From: Azolla caroliniana
Taxonomy: Eukaryota; Plantae; Polypodiophyta
Direction: 5' to 3'
Length of the DNA stretch: 64,000 nucleotides
Assembly (NCBI GenBank): GCA_043228905.1
Contig: JBHGNT010000004.1
Span: 16,058,001 to 16,122,000, forward strand
A model generated the notes under the pieces. That model searched no databases. It saw only the letters and a list, made by a program, of their open reading frames with translations, and was not told the origin of the DNA. Positions 23,909-36,230 of this stretch are shown one piece after another. The first letter of the stretch is position 1, and each line of letters begins with the position of its first letter. Both the position numbers and the translations under genes were made by a program.

Positions 23909-24739
23909 GCAGATCGAGGGGAGCTGGATGCGCAGGAAGCCGAAGAGCTGTTCGACCGGGTAGGAGTCAGGCTCTCCCTCACTACGGTGTACAACCCGGA
24001 GGCAAACGGGAAGGTGGAATGCAGACAGGCATTGGTACAAGTTGTGAGTTCTAGACTGTAAGGTCAATACAAGGAGTGCGAACGGTATACAATCGGTGGG
24101 CCAATCGTAAAGTTGTTGGTACGAGCCTACGGAGGCCAGGTCGGGAATTGGCCGCGGCTCCTACCCTACACATTGTGGGCAGACCGAACTAGGCACAGTT
24201 CAGTAACTAGGTTCATGTCGGCGGAGCTGATGTACGTGTAGAAGCCGGTCATGCCGATGGAACGAACGATCTCCTCATGGGCCGCGATAGACTGGAGAGA
24301 TGAGGTGATGCGGGAGGAGCTGTTAACGGCATGAATCCAACAGCTCGAGCGAAGACTGGAGGATGTAGAACAGGCGATGGCGAAGCTGCGCGCGGCAAGG
24401 ACAAAGAACAAGGGGCGATTCGACTGGATTCACCGACTACGACCAAAGAAAATCAAGGAAGACAACTGGGTTCTGGTCTACGACAACAGCCTCGACTACC
24501 AACACAAGGCGATACGGAAGTTGGCGAGGAGGTGGTTCGGGCCTTACGCGGTGACAAGCGCCAACGACAACGGCACCTACCACCTCGTAGAACTCGACAG
24601 AACGAGGATAGTTGTGTCGGTGGCCGGAAAGAGGATGAAGGCATTCAAGAAGCGGCACGAGGACAAACTAGACCCAGAGGGCATGGATCGCGACGACGAC
24701 CGGTTCGGGGCAGGTGACAAAGCGGAGAACGAAAGATAA
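23909..24739 (+). pseudogene. pol: E1 integrase C-terminal half (GPY motif, acidic tail, no chromodomain)
   Basis: RGELDA, ANGKVE, LARRWFGPYAV; colinear with K integrase. Confidence 0.88.
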
Positions 24740-24800
24740 TCGCGGGCCAGTCCTCTCCAACGGAAGTCTATTCTGGCACATACCGGAGGATGCGCGGTTA

Positions 24801-24812
24801 GGTGGGGGCGGA
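24801..24812 (+). other. E1 G-rich PPT
   Basis: GGTGGGGGCGGA directly before the 3' LTR. Confidence 0.8.
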
Positions 24813-25417
24813 TGTCGTGGAGAAAACTGTCCCTAGGAGAAATTAGTGGATGAGATGCGTGAACCGGCCCTTACACACGGGCACATGTTTTGATAGATTT
24901 ATATACATAGTAAAGTATAGGCCGAAGATGTAACTATCCTAGGTAGCGCTAGTTCATTAAGTAGGGAATCAGGGAGAATAACATGAATTTAATGGTCTGT
25001 AAATGGCTCTCTCCTTGACCTATAAAGGGAGAGGGAAGGGGCTTGAGGAGGGATTGCATTCTGAAAGGACGAAGTGCCGTCGAACTGGGAACCAAGCTCT
25101 CTCCTCCACCATCACTCTCGCTTCCGTAGGGATTTGGGTTAGGTTGGCTGCTTCTGCTACGTGAAAGCCCGCGTGCTTCCGGTAAAGGCCCCACCACGTA
25201 TTTCAGGGCGTGCATTCGTCTGTGTCTAGTTTATCACCGGCTTTCCGGTTGTAGCATTGCAAGCTGTAATCTATATTGTTATTGGATTCGATTCTCTCAT
25301 TTTCCGTCTCTCTGTTTTTCTGCGAGTCTCTCTCTTTCTCTCTCTCTCTCACGTTCCTCGGTTCAGGGCCCCCACGGTCCCGCCTTATTTCCTACGCGTG
25401 TGTGTAACAACACAACA
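24813..25417 (+). repeat. E1 3' LTR (605 bp)
   Basis: TGTCGTGG...ACAACA; direct repeat of 1102-1706 with scattered, mostly transition, differences. Confidence 0.95.
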
Positions 25418-28222
25418 CCGTAAACCATCTATTGGAGTAGGGAGCATTGGACGGATCAAGAATTCCCATCCTAACCTTCTCCTTTAGAAGCCCAATCAGC
25501 TTCGGAATGTGAGCTCTCGGAACCGGGATCGGCTTGAGGTTGCAAGGTACATGCGGCACCGTAAATATCACCATCGGCTCTATCATCTTCGGGTCGGCAC
25601 ATCTGATTTCTTGTGGAGAGAAGGCGAAGGCTTTCCCATCTCTCTCAAGCATCATTCGAAACCTCTCTTTTTCTTTGGGGAGAAGGAAGCCATCCTTCCC
25701 GACTTGGAGTTTCCCTCTTGATTTGTCGGTGAAGGTATGGTCTATCCCTTTTGGGTCTCTGAGACTTGGATCCTTGGTAATTTCTTTCATCCTTTGCCAA
25801 CTAGCCTCCGATAATGGAATAGCTATTGGCTTGACCTTCTTATCTACTGATTTATATTTTGTGTTTACTTTGACCAACTCCTCCATGACCCCTCATCGAC
25901 ATTCGTCGATGGTGGTATACAAGTTGATGGAGTTGACTTGAATCGTATGTGGCTCATGAGGGCTCAAGTCCACAATACTCTCTATTTCTCCGATTGTATC
26001 ATTAAATGAGGCTTCCTCCATGACCCATGATATGTTGTCTTCTTCTTCTAATATTCGTTGTTCTTTTAGCCAATGTTCAAAGTTAGGTGCTAAATATAGT
26101 TTTCCTTCTTGCTTCTTTCTTCTTTTCGGGGACTTACCTGACTTTTGACCATCAAGACTCTTCACCCGAGCGAATGTTGCTCCATTATCGAACACCTTAG
26201 TCTCCATCCTTCATGATGTTATGTAGGGTTGCCCAAGAATCACCGAATGGGAAGCCGAATCTTGCACAAAACAGTGTTGGTCGATCTCTACATCCCTGAT
26301 TGTGACTTGAATGTTGGGACATGCTCCATAAAGATCTTCCATGGCCTTCATCGCCACATGAATCTTCCATCCATGGTTCATGTTGATAGGACATCTTCCC
26401 TTCTTGTAGAAATCCGTCGACATGAGGTTAATCTCTGATCCATGGTCTATAAGAGCCACAACCGTCTCTTTCTTCTCTCCAATCTTCATCGGAGTTTCCG
26501 TTGTCGCTCTCACCCAATGGGGTCGTGTATAATGACTATCCACTAGATCTTCTTCTTCTCTTCCATTCTTGCCATAGTTATGGTATTGGTTGTCACCTTT
26601 GTCTAACTTCCCTCTTCCTCATCCGCTTGTTGTCTTTTACGTTTGATAAGATCGACAATGGTCTCATGGAACTCCTTCTTTGCAATTCCAAGTAGTTCTC
26701 TCAATGTAAGGTCAATACAGCTATCGAGCACTCTTTCTTAAGTTAGTTGTTTGTTCAATATCCGACCTTAATTTGTATGTTTGCGTTGATCTATACTTCC
26801 CCTTCTTGGCATTCTCCTCAATGGGTTGAGTTGGTTCCTTGGCTCTCTTGTTTCAGCTTCCATCTTCTTGATGTGTGGTCTTGATCATCTCTTCCTTCTT
26901 CTTAAATCCTCTTGTATCATGTTTCTTAGAAGGGCCTTCATCTAGATCCGTCCTCTTCCGCTTCTCATCCACAAACACTTTGTGGGTTTCGCATATGACC
27001 TCTGCGGAGATCGTGTTGTTATCAACCGGATCCGCCCACCCGGTAAGGTCTCATACATGAAGGTTGGCGAAGCTTAGCATCATCTGAATTAATCTTCCCT
27101 TTTTTTTAGTACTCGAGGATGGTCACCCAAAACCCCGTTCCCGGTTTAATCATTCCAAGCTTCTCCTTCTCGATTCTTATACCGGCAGTGTATAGCGTCG
27201 ACGTGGCTCGTATCGGCCTCATCCATGATTTTCTTTAGACCCCCCCCCCCCCACCACCAAAATTCACTTGCAAGGGCTTTCGAGTCTCACTTGAGTGTAT
27301 AATGTTGCTTTCCATGTAGACGAGGTTTTGTCGAATTGCCTCTTGAAGGCTAGCATAATCTTTCCTTGCATGATCAACACTATCACACCATACACATCTA
27401 TATGGGTCTTTCCCCTTCGGCCCTCTACGACTCACTTTAACTAATGAATCCGCTTCGAATTTTCGTGCCAACTCTTCAATGACAGGGTTCTCCATCGCTC
27501 TTTCGGTCAGCTCGCTTTGCTTTGTCATCTCAGTTGCTATTGGAGCCTTCCTTCTTTCGACTACCAGGCCAGCCATGTCAGAATCATCTAGCCATCGACG
27601 ACGTTTGCCAAATAGATCACATGCTCTTCTTACAACAACCCAATCTGTTATGAGACCATTGGGTTGTGCTTCATCCTCTAATATACTACCTAGTCCTCGT
27701 CTATCTTTTGCATCTACCATCTTTAAGAAGTACATAAACTTTATCTCCTTCGAGAAGTGTTTGGTCGGTTTTCGGGAGACGGTTGTACATTTGGTCAAAT
27801 TTGGTGTACACTCCCGATGTGTTCATGTTCTTCTCCTTCTTCTCGATCCACTTCATCAACGTATGATGAGTCATCCTCGACGCATCTTCAAGCATATATT
27901 CAGCCAAAAGCACCCTTTCAAATCCCACCCATGTTGTTTGGGCAGCTTGAATCTCCCTTATACGGCCTTGTAACCCAATAGTTGCGACACACTTGAAGCT
28001 TGATATTTGCTTCTCTTCGATGACATCACGTTGTTGCGTCTCTGTCTTGTATGTAGCAAGAAAATCCGTAATGTTTCTTCCACCAAATTGGCCTACTATC
28101 TCAACGGTTCGGTCGATGGCCTTGTCTAAGCTTGTATCATTATCTCGAGCTCTCATCATATGCTCTACAATAGCCACCAAATTTTCCACTTCATCAGCTT
28201 GGGTGTTTGACGAAGAAGCCAT
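25418..28222 (-). pseudogene. gag: E0 gag, protease and RT N-terminus
   Basis: ORFs 27701-28222, 27235-27798 (CVWCDSVDHARKD), 26211-26543 (LIDHGSE), 25392-25886 (PYSNRWFTV). Confidence 0.88.
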
Positions 28223-28266
28223 CTTCTAATCTTCTATTTCAAGCACTTGATCCTTCCTACCACCTC

Positions 28267-28284
28267 TTCACATCGGGTACACCA
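28267..28284 (-). other. E0 primer-binding site, degenerate tRNA-Trp
   Basis: TGGTGTACCCGATGTGAA. Confidence 0.75.
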
Positions 28285-28290
28285 CTTAGA

Positions 28291-29975
28291 TATCTTGTGA
28301 AAATCCGTCACTATGTGCGGATCGTGAGGCGGAACTGCCGGGGTTATGGACGGGAACGAAATAGAGCTCACACCCACAACACAAGGAAGGCTTACACAAA
28401 CAAGGCACGAGTATTCAAACGTGTTTGTGAAAAGGAGAGGTGCATGAGCAAGCCCGAATCAACCCCTAGTCACAAGACGAACGAATGCACGTGAGGAAGG
28501 CTTACACATGGACACACAAGGAAAATGCTTACTTACACACACGAGAGACAGAGTTTCGAATGCCTTTGTGAAAAGAGAGGTGCATGAGCAAGGCCGAACG
28601 CTCCCTTGTTACAAGACACGCGAACACACAAGCAAGGTTTACACACGGGAGACACAATTTCGAACATCTTTGTCAAAGGAGAGGTGCATGGGCAATCCCG
28701 AGCGCTCCATTGTCACAAGTCACACGAACACACAAGCAAGGTTTACACACGGGAGACACAATTTTGAACACCTTTGTGAAAGGAGAGGTGCATGGGAAAG
28801 CCCGAACACTCCCTTGCCACAAGTCGCACGAACACACAAGCAAGGTTTACACATGGGAGACACAATTTCGAACACCTTTTTGAAAGGAGAGGTGCATGGG
28901 CAAGCCCGAACACTCCCTTGCCACAAGTCGCACGAACACATAAGAAAGGTTTACACACAGGAGACACAATTTCGAACGCCTTTGTGAAAGGAGAGGTGCA
29001 TGTGCAAGCCGGAACACTCCCTTGCCACAAGTCGCACGAACACACAAGCAAGGTTTACACATGGGAGACACAATTTCGAACACCTTTTTGAAAGGAGAGG
29101 TGCATGGGCAAGCCCGAATGCTCCCTTGCCACAAGTCGCACAAACACACAAGAAAGATTTAAACTAACACACAAGACACGTAAGTTTGAATGTCTTTGTG
29201 AAAGGAGAGGTGCATGGGCAAGCCCGAAACGCTCCCTTGTCACAAGACACACAAACAAATAAGCATAGATGACGATAACAAATAAGCACAATCAAGATTT
29301 ACACATAAGACAAGTAGATGAAAGAAAACATTAGTTCATATCAATATAATAGATTCTTTCATAATATAAGAATCATGTTACAATGGGTTGGATGGGAATA
29401 TGAAGGATTCTTTATAAAGGAATGGGGGAAGAGAGGTGGAGGAAAGAAGAGAGTGGAGTATAGAAGGAGTTTCTTTGTTGATGATGCCTCTGGATGTTGT
29501 TCATCCTTCTTCTTCCACTTTCCAATTGAGTAGAGCTTCCGCGTTCCTTCTCCCTCCCCCCCTTTTTCACTAGAATAGGCTCTTATTTATAGGTTTAGGA
29601 TTGCTTGCCTTTTTCCCCTAAAAAAAAGCTTGTCTATATGAGTTGACTTTTCTTTTCCTCACTATTTCTGTTTTCTAGCCTCCAATTTGACATGCAAGAT
29701 AGCTTTAGGTTAGCTTTCTTATGCATCTTTTCTTTTCTAATTTGGACATTTGACGAGGAAATTATGAGCTTTTTACTCGACCTTGCCCTCATATCCACGA
29801 CTAGCTTTTCTTTTCCCATTTTTTTCTCTATTTTTGTCTACTTTCGAAAACCTCTTCTAACTTTTTATCCTTTCATTTATTACTATAGTTGACTTGAGGA
29901 AATTAGTTTATTTGGACCACTATTTTATTCTCTTTTGAGGGTGGTTTCAAACTATGTGTCGAAAACATCACGACA
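28291..29975 (-). repeat. E0 5' LTR (~1.7 kb, expanded by an internal tandem array)
   Basis: Begins TGTCGTGATGTTTTCG (similar to the I LTR start), CTATAAATA near 29585-29593, ends 6 nt before the PBS. No partner LTR in the window. Confidence 0.7.
28370..29310. repeat. 104-bp tandem repeat, about 8 copies, inside the E0 LTR
   Basis: GAGACA at 28545, 28649, 28753, 28857, 28961 and 29065, plus degenerate flanking units. Confidence 0.92.
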
Positions 29976-30621
29976 TCAGTTTTCAGTTAGAGATGAACAA
30001 GTCGGTAGTGTGCTAACTCAAGAAGTCGCTTTACTGCTTGAAGCAAGCCCCCCATGCTTGGAATTCGAAATTCACACACCGGTTGTGTAAGATGGGGTTT
30101 GCGACCTCGAAGTCTAAGTCTTTGTTGTTCATCTAGCGAGATTTAGTGTGCATCTTTCTATACATGGATGATCTAATCATCACCAGACTCGGACTCGCTG
30201 AAATCGGCCAAGTGAAGTCCTAGCTGTTGGACGCATTCGGAAAGAAGCACCTAGGGGACCTTGATTATTTCGTTGGGATCGAAGTGATCCATACTGCCAA
30301 CAAGATATTGCTCTCAGAGCGACACTATGTGTTGAATATGATGTACAAGTTTGGCATGACAGATTGTCGACCAGTTGCCACACCCGTGGACTGGAATCTA
30401 AAGCTTGGTCCCGACTCCAGACCGGCCTTCAATGAGAGAAGGTTCTGAAAAATTGTTGGAAGCCTCATTTACTTAACGATCACCCGACCTGAGATCAACT
30501 ATCGGGGCGGACCGATCAATTAGTTTATGCAGAAGCTGAGAGTCGAGCACCTACAGTGCACACATCGACTCTTAAGATATGTGAGTGGCACTAAGGATCG
30601 GGGCTTGTTATACCGACACGA
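29976..30621 (+). pseudogene. pol: D0: Ty1/copia RT fragment (Bryco-like), host of E0
   Basis: LKKSLYCLKQAP, LYMDDLII, LGDLDYFVGIEV, GSLIYLTITRP, RYVSGTKD. Confidence 0.88.
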
Positions 30622-30729
30622 TGTTGTGGAGGACTCTGGCCATCGGGAGAAAAGGAGCCGAATACGCATGAATGGGGATGTCCACAGATGCACACTAACT
30701 AGCCTTTATGTACAAATATATGTAAATAT
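30622..30729 (+). repeat. M: probable 5' stub of an unidentified LTR, itself interrupted by D1
   Basis: Copia coding stops abruptly at TGTTGTGG; 108 bp of non-coding sequence precede the D1 LTR start. Confidence 0.45.
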
Positions 30730-31186
30730 TGTTGAGCGAGCAAGCTCAACTCGGGTCGATCGGCTGAAGAAGCTGAGAACCGAATCGGTTGAAGACCGAT
30801 CGGGGAGACCCAAATCGGTTGTGTGGACCGAGAACTAAGAGCCTTGTTGTGAGGGACTCGGGTAGGCCGTTAATAGACTATATTCCTATTACAGTAAATG
30901 GGAATATTATATGTAGAATTAGTGTCAGGCTCATTTATGAGCATTCAAGTACTAACGATACTTGTGTCAGCCGACTACTCAGGGCTTGTATAAAAAGTGC
31001 TCACTGAGCACAAAGTATGTACAAAGCGTTATTCCTCTTAATATAATTTTGTGTCTACTCTCTCTACGTTTGTCTGTCTCTCTGATTCTCTGTGTTCTCT
31101 GCATTTACTCAATTGTTGTGTTTCAGAACATCAACGGTATACTTTGTGTCTTTTACGCACACTTCCGCACATCGTATTCTTTTACA
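30730..31186 (+). repeat. D1 5' LTR (457 bp)
   Basis: TGTTGAGCGAGCAAGCTCAA start resembles the J LTR start; ends TTTTACA before the PBS. Confidence 0.75.
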
Positions 31187-31197
31187 TGGTATCAGAG
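31187..31197 (+). other. D1 primer-binding site, tRNA-iMet
   Basis: TGGTATCAGAG. Confidence 0.92.
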
Positions 31198-34100
31198 TGA
31201 CAGGGTTGAGACTCCTCTGCAGCCAAAAGAAAAGCAAGCAATCAAGATAGAGTCAAGTTTTCTTGTTTTCGAAAAAGATACGACAGAAATATGGACAGAG
31301 GATTGGGAAGCTCGCTTCCGACTGAAAAGCTCAACAGGAGCAACTATGCATCTTGGTCATTCAGGATGCACCAATACCTGCTCGTCCATGGCTACTGGAG
31401 TTATGTTGAAGGAGCTAATGACGATGCACCCGAATCGACACACAGAGACTTCCCAGCTTGGGAACAGGCGGCAAGCAAAGTTCTCTATTGTTTTGCGTCC
31501 TATGTGAGCGATCAGCCCATGAGCTACATTTGGGATGCTAAGACGCCAAAGGACGTGTGGGCTAATCTTAAAAGTGTTTTCGTCATCAACACGACGGCTA
31601 GGAAGTTGTAGCTCCGGCAGGAGCTAAGCAATGTCTGACACAAAGATCTCTCTGTGACTGATTATACAACCCGAATCAAGGGGATTTGTGACTCTCGCCT
31701 CCATCAACGTGAACGTCCAGGAGGATGAAATGGTGCATGTTTTCCTTGGAGGTTTAACATTTAAGTACGGAGCATTCGGGATGGCGGTCTGCACAAGGGA
31801 GAATATGTCATCGTTTTTCGAGCTTCAATCGATGTTTCTCGTAGAAGAAAACCACGCGGGTTCGTCAACGAGTACGCATATGGACAAAAAAATGTTGTAT
31901 ACGGAGGCAGAGAGGCCCCATGGTCATGGTGGATGAGGCGGATCGGCACACATTGGAGGCGGCCGACAAGTGCAAAATTTATGGCATAATCGGAATGCCG
32001 ACGTGAGGAATCACCAGGAGTGGTTCTTGACTCTGGAAAAGCTGGAGGAGCAGCCAGGGGTCGTCAAATCTGGTGATGACACCCCTCACCCCATCAAACA
32101 CATTGGAGATATCCCTCTCAGCCATGTTAGCCAGAAGGGAATCATGAGAAATGTCTTGCATGTGCCGACAATCACCAAAAATTTGGTGTCGGTCGAACAA
32201 ATAGTCAACCAAGGCATGCAAGTTCGATTTACTCATCTCAGGTGCTACATAGAAGAGGAAGGCAAGATAATCATGCAAGGGCGCCAAGAAGGGAGGATGT
32301 TCATCCTCGAGACCAATGATGTAGGTACTGCTATGTTTGCGAAAGGGCAAAAGGTCGAATCAGATATCGACCTATGGCACAAGTGGCTTCGAGAGATGCA
32401 GACGAAACACATTGTTTTTGGCTTGCTGAAATTGAGTGGCTGAAAGGGCCAAGCCTGCGAAGCTTGCCAATTAGGGAAGCATCACCGGCTTCTATTCCCA
32501 AATGAAAGAAATCGTAGCCGAAACAAGCTCGATTTAATCCACTAGGATGTATGGGGACCGACACAAAACGTAAGTCTTCGTGGGAGCCGATATTTCGTGA
32601 TTTTCATCGATGATTTCACTCGGCATACTTGGGCATGCACGATAGAGAAGAAAAGTGAAGTCTTCTCTTGTTTCTTGAAGGTGAAGAGCCTTGCCGAACG
32701 GGAGACAGGTCGTAAAATCAAATATCTTAGGGACCGATGGCGGAAAGGAGTACTTCTCCGACAAGTTCTCAAGTTAGCTGCAAAATGAAGGAATTCGGCA
32801 CAAATTCTCCATGCAGATACATGCCGCAGCAGAACGGCATGGCCGAGCAAAAGAATCAGACGATCGAAGAAGCGGCCAGGGCAATGCTCGAAGAGAAGCA
32901 TATGCCGAAATTTTATTAGGGACGAAGCCGTGAAGATGGTTGTTTACCTGTAGAATCAGACTTCTGCAAATGGAGAAGTGTTGCCACATGAGTTGTACTT
33001 TGAGAAGAAGCCGAACTTGGCATACTTAAGGGTTTTCGGCAGCATAGCGTATGTATACGTGCCAAAGGAGAAACAAAAGAAGTTAGATGCGAAAGCCAAA
33101 AAATGTATCCTGGTCGGTTACTCGGATGAGAAAAAAGGGTATAAATGTTATAACCCCCAAACAAAAAAAGCCCGAGTGAGCCGAGATGTTGGCTTCATGA
33201 TACTTTCCATCGCCACCTACCCCCATGCACTCCATTTCGAATTCTAAGGATGACACCAAGGAGGCCGAAATGCCTCCGCATAGTGATGAATCGGAGCTCT
33301 GAGAGAGTCCGATCTCATTTCGGCTAAGTGGGCCGAATGAGGGGCTAAGCCAAGATGGTCAACCGAGTGAAGAGCTGGCGAGTAGTGAGGACTCGACCGT
33401 GCAGTCCCTGCGCAAGGAACCGAGGAGACGGTTTACGCACAAGGAGAAGGGAAAGAAGAAGATGCCATAGTACGATACCAGTCGTGCCGAGTCAGATCAT
33501 AGTGAATCTGACTTCGAACCAATCGAAAAGGAACCTCTGGGGAAGAGGTTGAAATCGGCCAAGAAGGCCGCAAAATCGGGGAATCAAGAATTACGTCGAT
33601 CCACCCGCCTGAAGAACTCCATAAAGAGATACAGGTAAAATGAGTATATGGCACATCGTTATGAATATATGGCGAAAACGGCCGAAGTGCGTGATCCGGC
33701 GACCTACGTAGAAGTGGCAAAAGACGCTAATTGGCGTGTCGTGATGGAGGAAGAGATGCGAGACTTGGAACCTAGTTGACGCATGTAAAGGTGTAAAGAC
33801 GATCGGATGCAGATGGGTGTACAAGCTGAACTACAACACTGACGGCTAGTGGTAAAGGGCTATACATAGAAGCACGACATCGATTACGATGAGAGATTCA
33901 TGCATGTTGCAAAGATGACAATTGTCCGTGTACTACTGGTCGTAGCAACGGCGAAGGGGTGGCACTTACATCAAATGGATGTAAAGAATGTGTTCCTGGA
34001 AGGCGATATTGAGGAATAAGTGTACATAATACAACCCCCTAGATTTCTATCCAAATGGAGCACTTCGGCAGTTTGTCGATTGCAGAAGTCATTATACAGA

Positions 34101-34692
34101 GTTGAGCACGCTCCGCATGCCTGGAATGTGAAAATCACGTAGCGATTATGTAGAAGGGATTGCTCCATCAAAGTCAGACTCTTGATTGTTCCTTCGGCTA
34201 AGTCAGACTGGATTGATAAGCATTCTCCTTTATGTTGATGATTTAATCATCACCGGAGCCGACCTTAGAGAAATCTGCCAAGTCAAGTGTCAACTTGCGG
34301 CATCATTCGAAATGAAGGATCTTGGAGACCTTCATTACTTCCTCGGGATTGAAGTGATCCATGCCCCCGAAGGCATATTGATCAGCCAACACCACTGCAT
34401 CCTGAATATGCTCTGCAAGTTCAGGATGGCAGATTGTAAATCCGTCTTAACCCCTAAAGACAGAAACATCAAGCTTTGCCAAGAATCAGGAAATGAGTGT
34501 GACTCGACACGGTGTCGTAGTGTAATTCGCACACTACGTGAAAATCGCATTTTGTCCCTCCGGATGGAACCAGTAAGGAGAACCGGTAAGAACCAGATCA
34601 AGCAGAACCGGCAAGAGTGGATAAAGAAGGCCGGTGAGAGTCTCTCACCCGATGAAGAGACAAATTTGTAAATAGAAGAAAAGATTGTTACA

Positions 34693-34765
34693 TGCATAGG
34701 GCAAGATTCGAACCCTCTACCTCCATGTTAACAAATTTTAAGCCTTACCACTATACGAGCATATT
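34693..34765 (-). promoter_or_regulatory. tRNA-derived (A-box/B-box) cassette, antisense within the F LTR
   Basis: Minus strand GCTCGTATAGTGGTAAGGC...TTGTTAAC...GAGGGTTCGAATCTT. Confidence 0.55.
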
Positions 34766-35282
34766 ATGAATTTTAAAGTAATACTAAACTTTATCCCATG
34801 TAAATATTCTAGATATGCATGGTACAAAAAGATTATTCATGTATACACACTTGAGTTAAAAAGAAAAAGATTGGATAGAAAGCTAATCAGGGACATGCAG
34901 TGTGCATGGTAACTAAAGTTAGCAAAAGCATGATGCTTGCATGTGATAAACTTCGACTCTTCCAACACTATATAGGGAAGAGAGGAAGATGTATAGGGGT
35001 TGTTGATTTTTTTTATAGGGATTGATTAATATAAAATATTCGTGGGATTCACGATTTTGCCATCTAATTCTCTCTTACAATCTAAGTATCCATTAATACA
35101 TTAACTCGCGGGATTCACGAGTTTCACATCTCCATCTTGCAATCTATTCATAACAAAAACTATCTCATATTCTTCTTCTCCTAGTCCAAAACCTCAGTGG
35201 TTCCCACCCAATTCACGCAACGATCCGGAGCCGAAAGGCACAACACAAGTGGTGAACCCGACATGAAACGGGTGGCAAGGAG

Positions 35283-36230
35283 ATGGAAAATCAACCGGAG
35301 GCTAACTACATGATGATGATGTTCGAGCGGATGCTTCAAGAACAACGTGCGATGTCGGAGATAGCGGAGGTAGTAGAGCGGCTCGTGCAACGGATCGGGC
35401 AATTCAACGGAAAGGACGTATCACGCTATCTTCAGGACTACAAGGCGGAAATGCTACGGTGTGGGATTTTGGAAGGACTGCAAGTGACATCCTTCAACCG
35501 GGTGGCTACCGACGGGCTTCAAGCAAGTATCCATGGGCTACGACAACAAAATCCGACGTGGGAAGCATTTGAAGAGGCGCTAAAGACCACGTTCGTTATC
35601 GAGGACTCCTCCAAGGCAACGCGGAGAGGATTCGAGGATTGGGTGGAAACGCCGGACAAGGGGATGAAGGTCCTCAATGTGTTTTCGGCATTCGAAAGTT
35701 GGCTCGGGAGGTTGTCTGCGAGAGATCAAGCTATCCTCGCACCGGACAAAGTTATCATGTTCTTACGAGCCGTAGACGTCCGGGACCGGAAGGATCTTGG
35801 ACTGTTTCTAGAGGACACGACTACCGAGAGTGGCCTCACTGAAACATGGGAATGTGTGCGGGATATTGTCGCGCGATACACAAAGGGGGGGCAATGGCTT
35901 TCCAACGAAGAAAAGGGGGTTTCGGAACCGATTCCGAAACCGAGATCCGGATCCGAAGACCATCAACCGTGGGCTCGGGAAGCTACGACCGAGAAGGGAA
36001 TCGATGCAACTACGGTGGAGCAATTGCTGAAGGAGATGGAGAATCTAAAAATTGCGATGGTGAAGAAGTCGGATGACCATCCCACAAGTTCCAAGTATAT
36101 GGACTGTTGGTGCATATGGTGCGATAGCACCGAACATGATCAGAGGGATTGCGACGAGCACAAGGAAGCGCTACGATGGGATCTTATCTACTATGAGGGA
36201 AATCGGATTCATTCGATGGACTCTCGGAAG
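35283..36230 (+). CDS. gag: F Gag, open up to the truncation point (CCHC knuckle CIWCDSTEHDQRDC)
   Basis: ORF 35283-36389; sequence after about 36230 is chimeric readthrough into H and the G LTR. Confidence 0.85.

Larger units (their letters stand above)
1102..25417 (+). mobile_element. E1: full-length tRNA-Trp-primed gypsy element, host of B1 and B2, with internal RNase H/integrase deletion
   Basis: Two 605-bp LTRs, PBS, G-rich PPT, 4-bp TSD CTGT (1098-1101) / CCGT (25418-25421), gag-PR-RT-INT remnants. Confidence 0.93.
1..29975 (-). mobile_element. E0: tRNA-Trp-primed Ty3/gypsy element, degenerate, 3' end outside window; interrupted by E1 (1102-25417)
   Basis: 5' LTR 29975-28291, PBS 28284-28267, gag from 28222, protease (LIDHGSEINLM), RT (LPQGATNS...FLDD) and RNase H to position 1. 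The pol frame rejoins across E1 as W-F-T-V-P-K-K-N-G. Confidence 0.88.
30730..34512 (+). mobile_element. D1: Bryco-like copia element, 3'-truncated at the F insertion
   Basis: LTR 30730-31186, PBS-iMet, gag (KLNRSNYASW), protease region, GAG-pre-integrase, integrase (FIDDF...QQNGMAE), RT (LYVDDL). Confidence 0.88.
34513..36230 (+). mobile_element. F: tRNA-Trp-primed gypsy element, 5' part only
   Basis: LTR 34513-35245 (TGTCGTAG...ACAACA), PBS TGGTGAACCCGACATGAA 35250-35267, gag from 35283. Confidence 0.88.

Noticed and set aside
27239-27252. G-run in E0 as a programmed gag-pol frameshift site
   Set aside because: E1 has an ordinary GWGGM coding sequence here; most likely homopolymer slippage in a dead copy or sequencing noise.
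28370-29310. Regularly spaced repeats as a CRISPR array, or their ORFs as a repeat protein
   Set aside because: Units are contiguous 104-bp copies with no unique spacers and no cas genes; the period is not a multiple of 3; the array lies inside an LTR.
30622-31186. D1 LTR starting at 30622
   Set aside because: Similarity to the J LTR start places the D1 boundary at 30730; 30622-30729 is more likely a separate stub.
34693-34765. Functional tRNA genes in the F and I LTRs
   Set aside because: Acceptor and anticodon stems do not pair properly; reported only as tRNA-derived cassettes.
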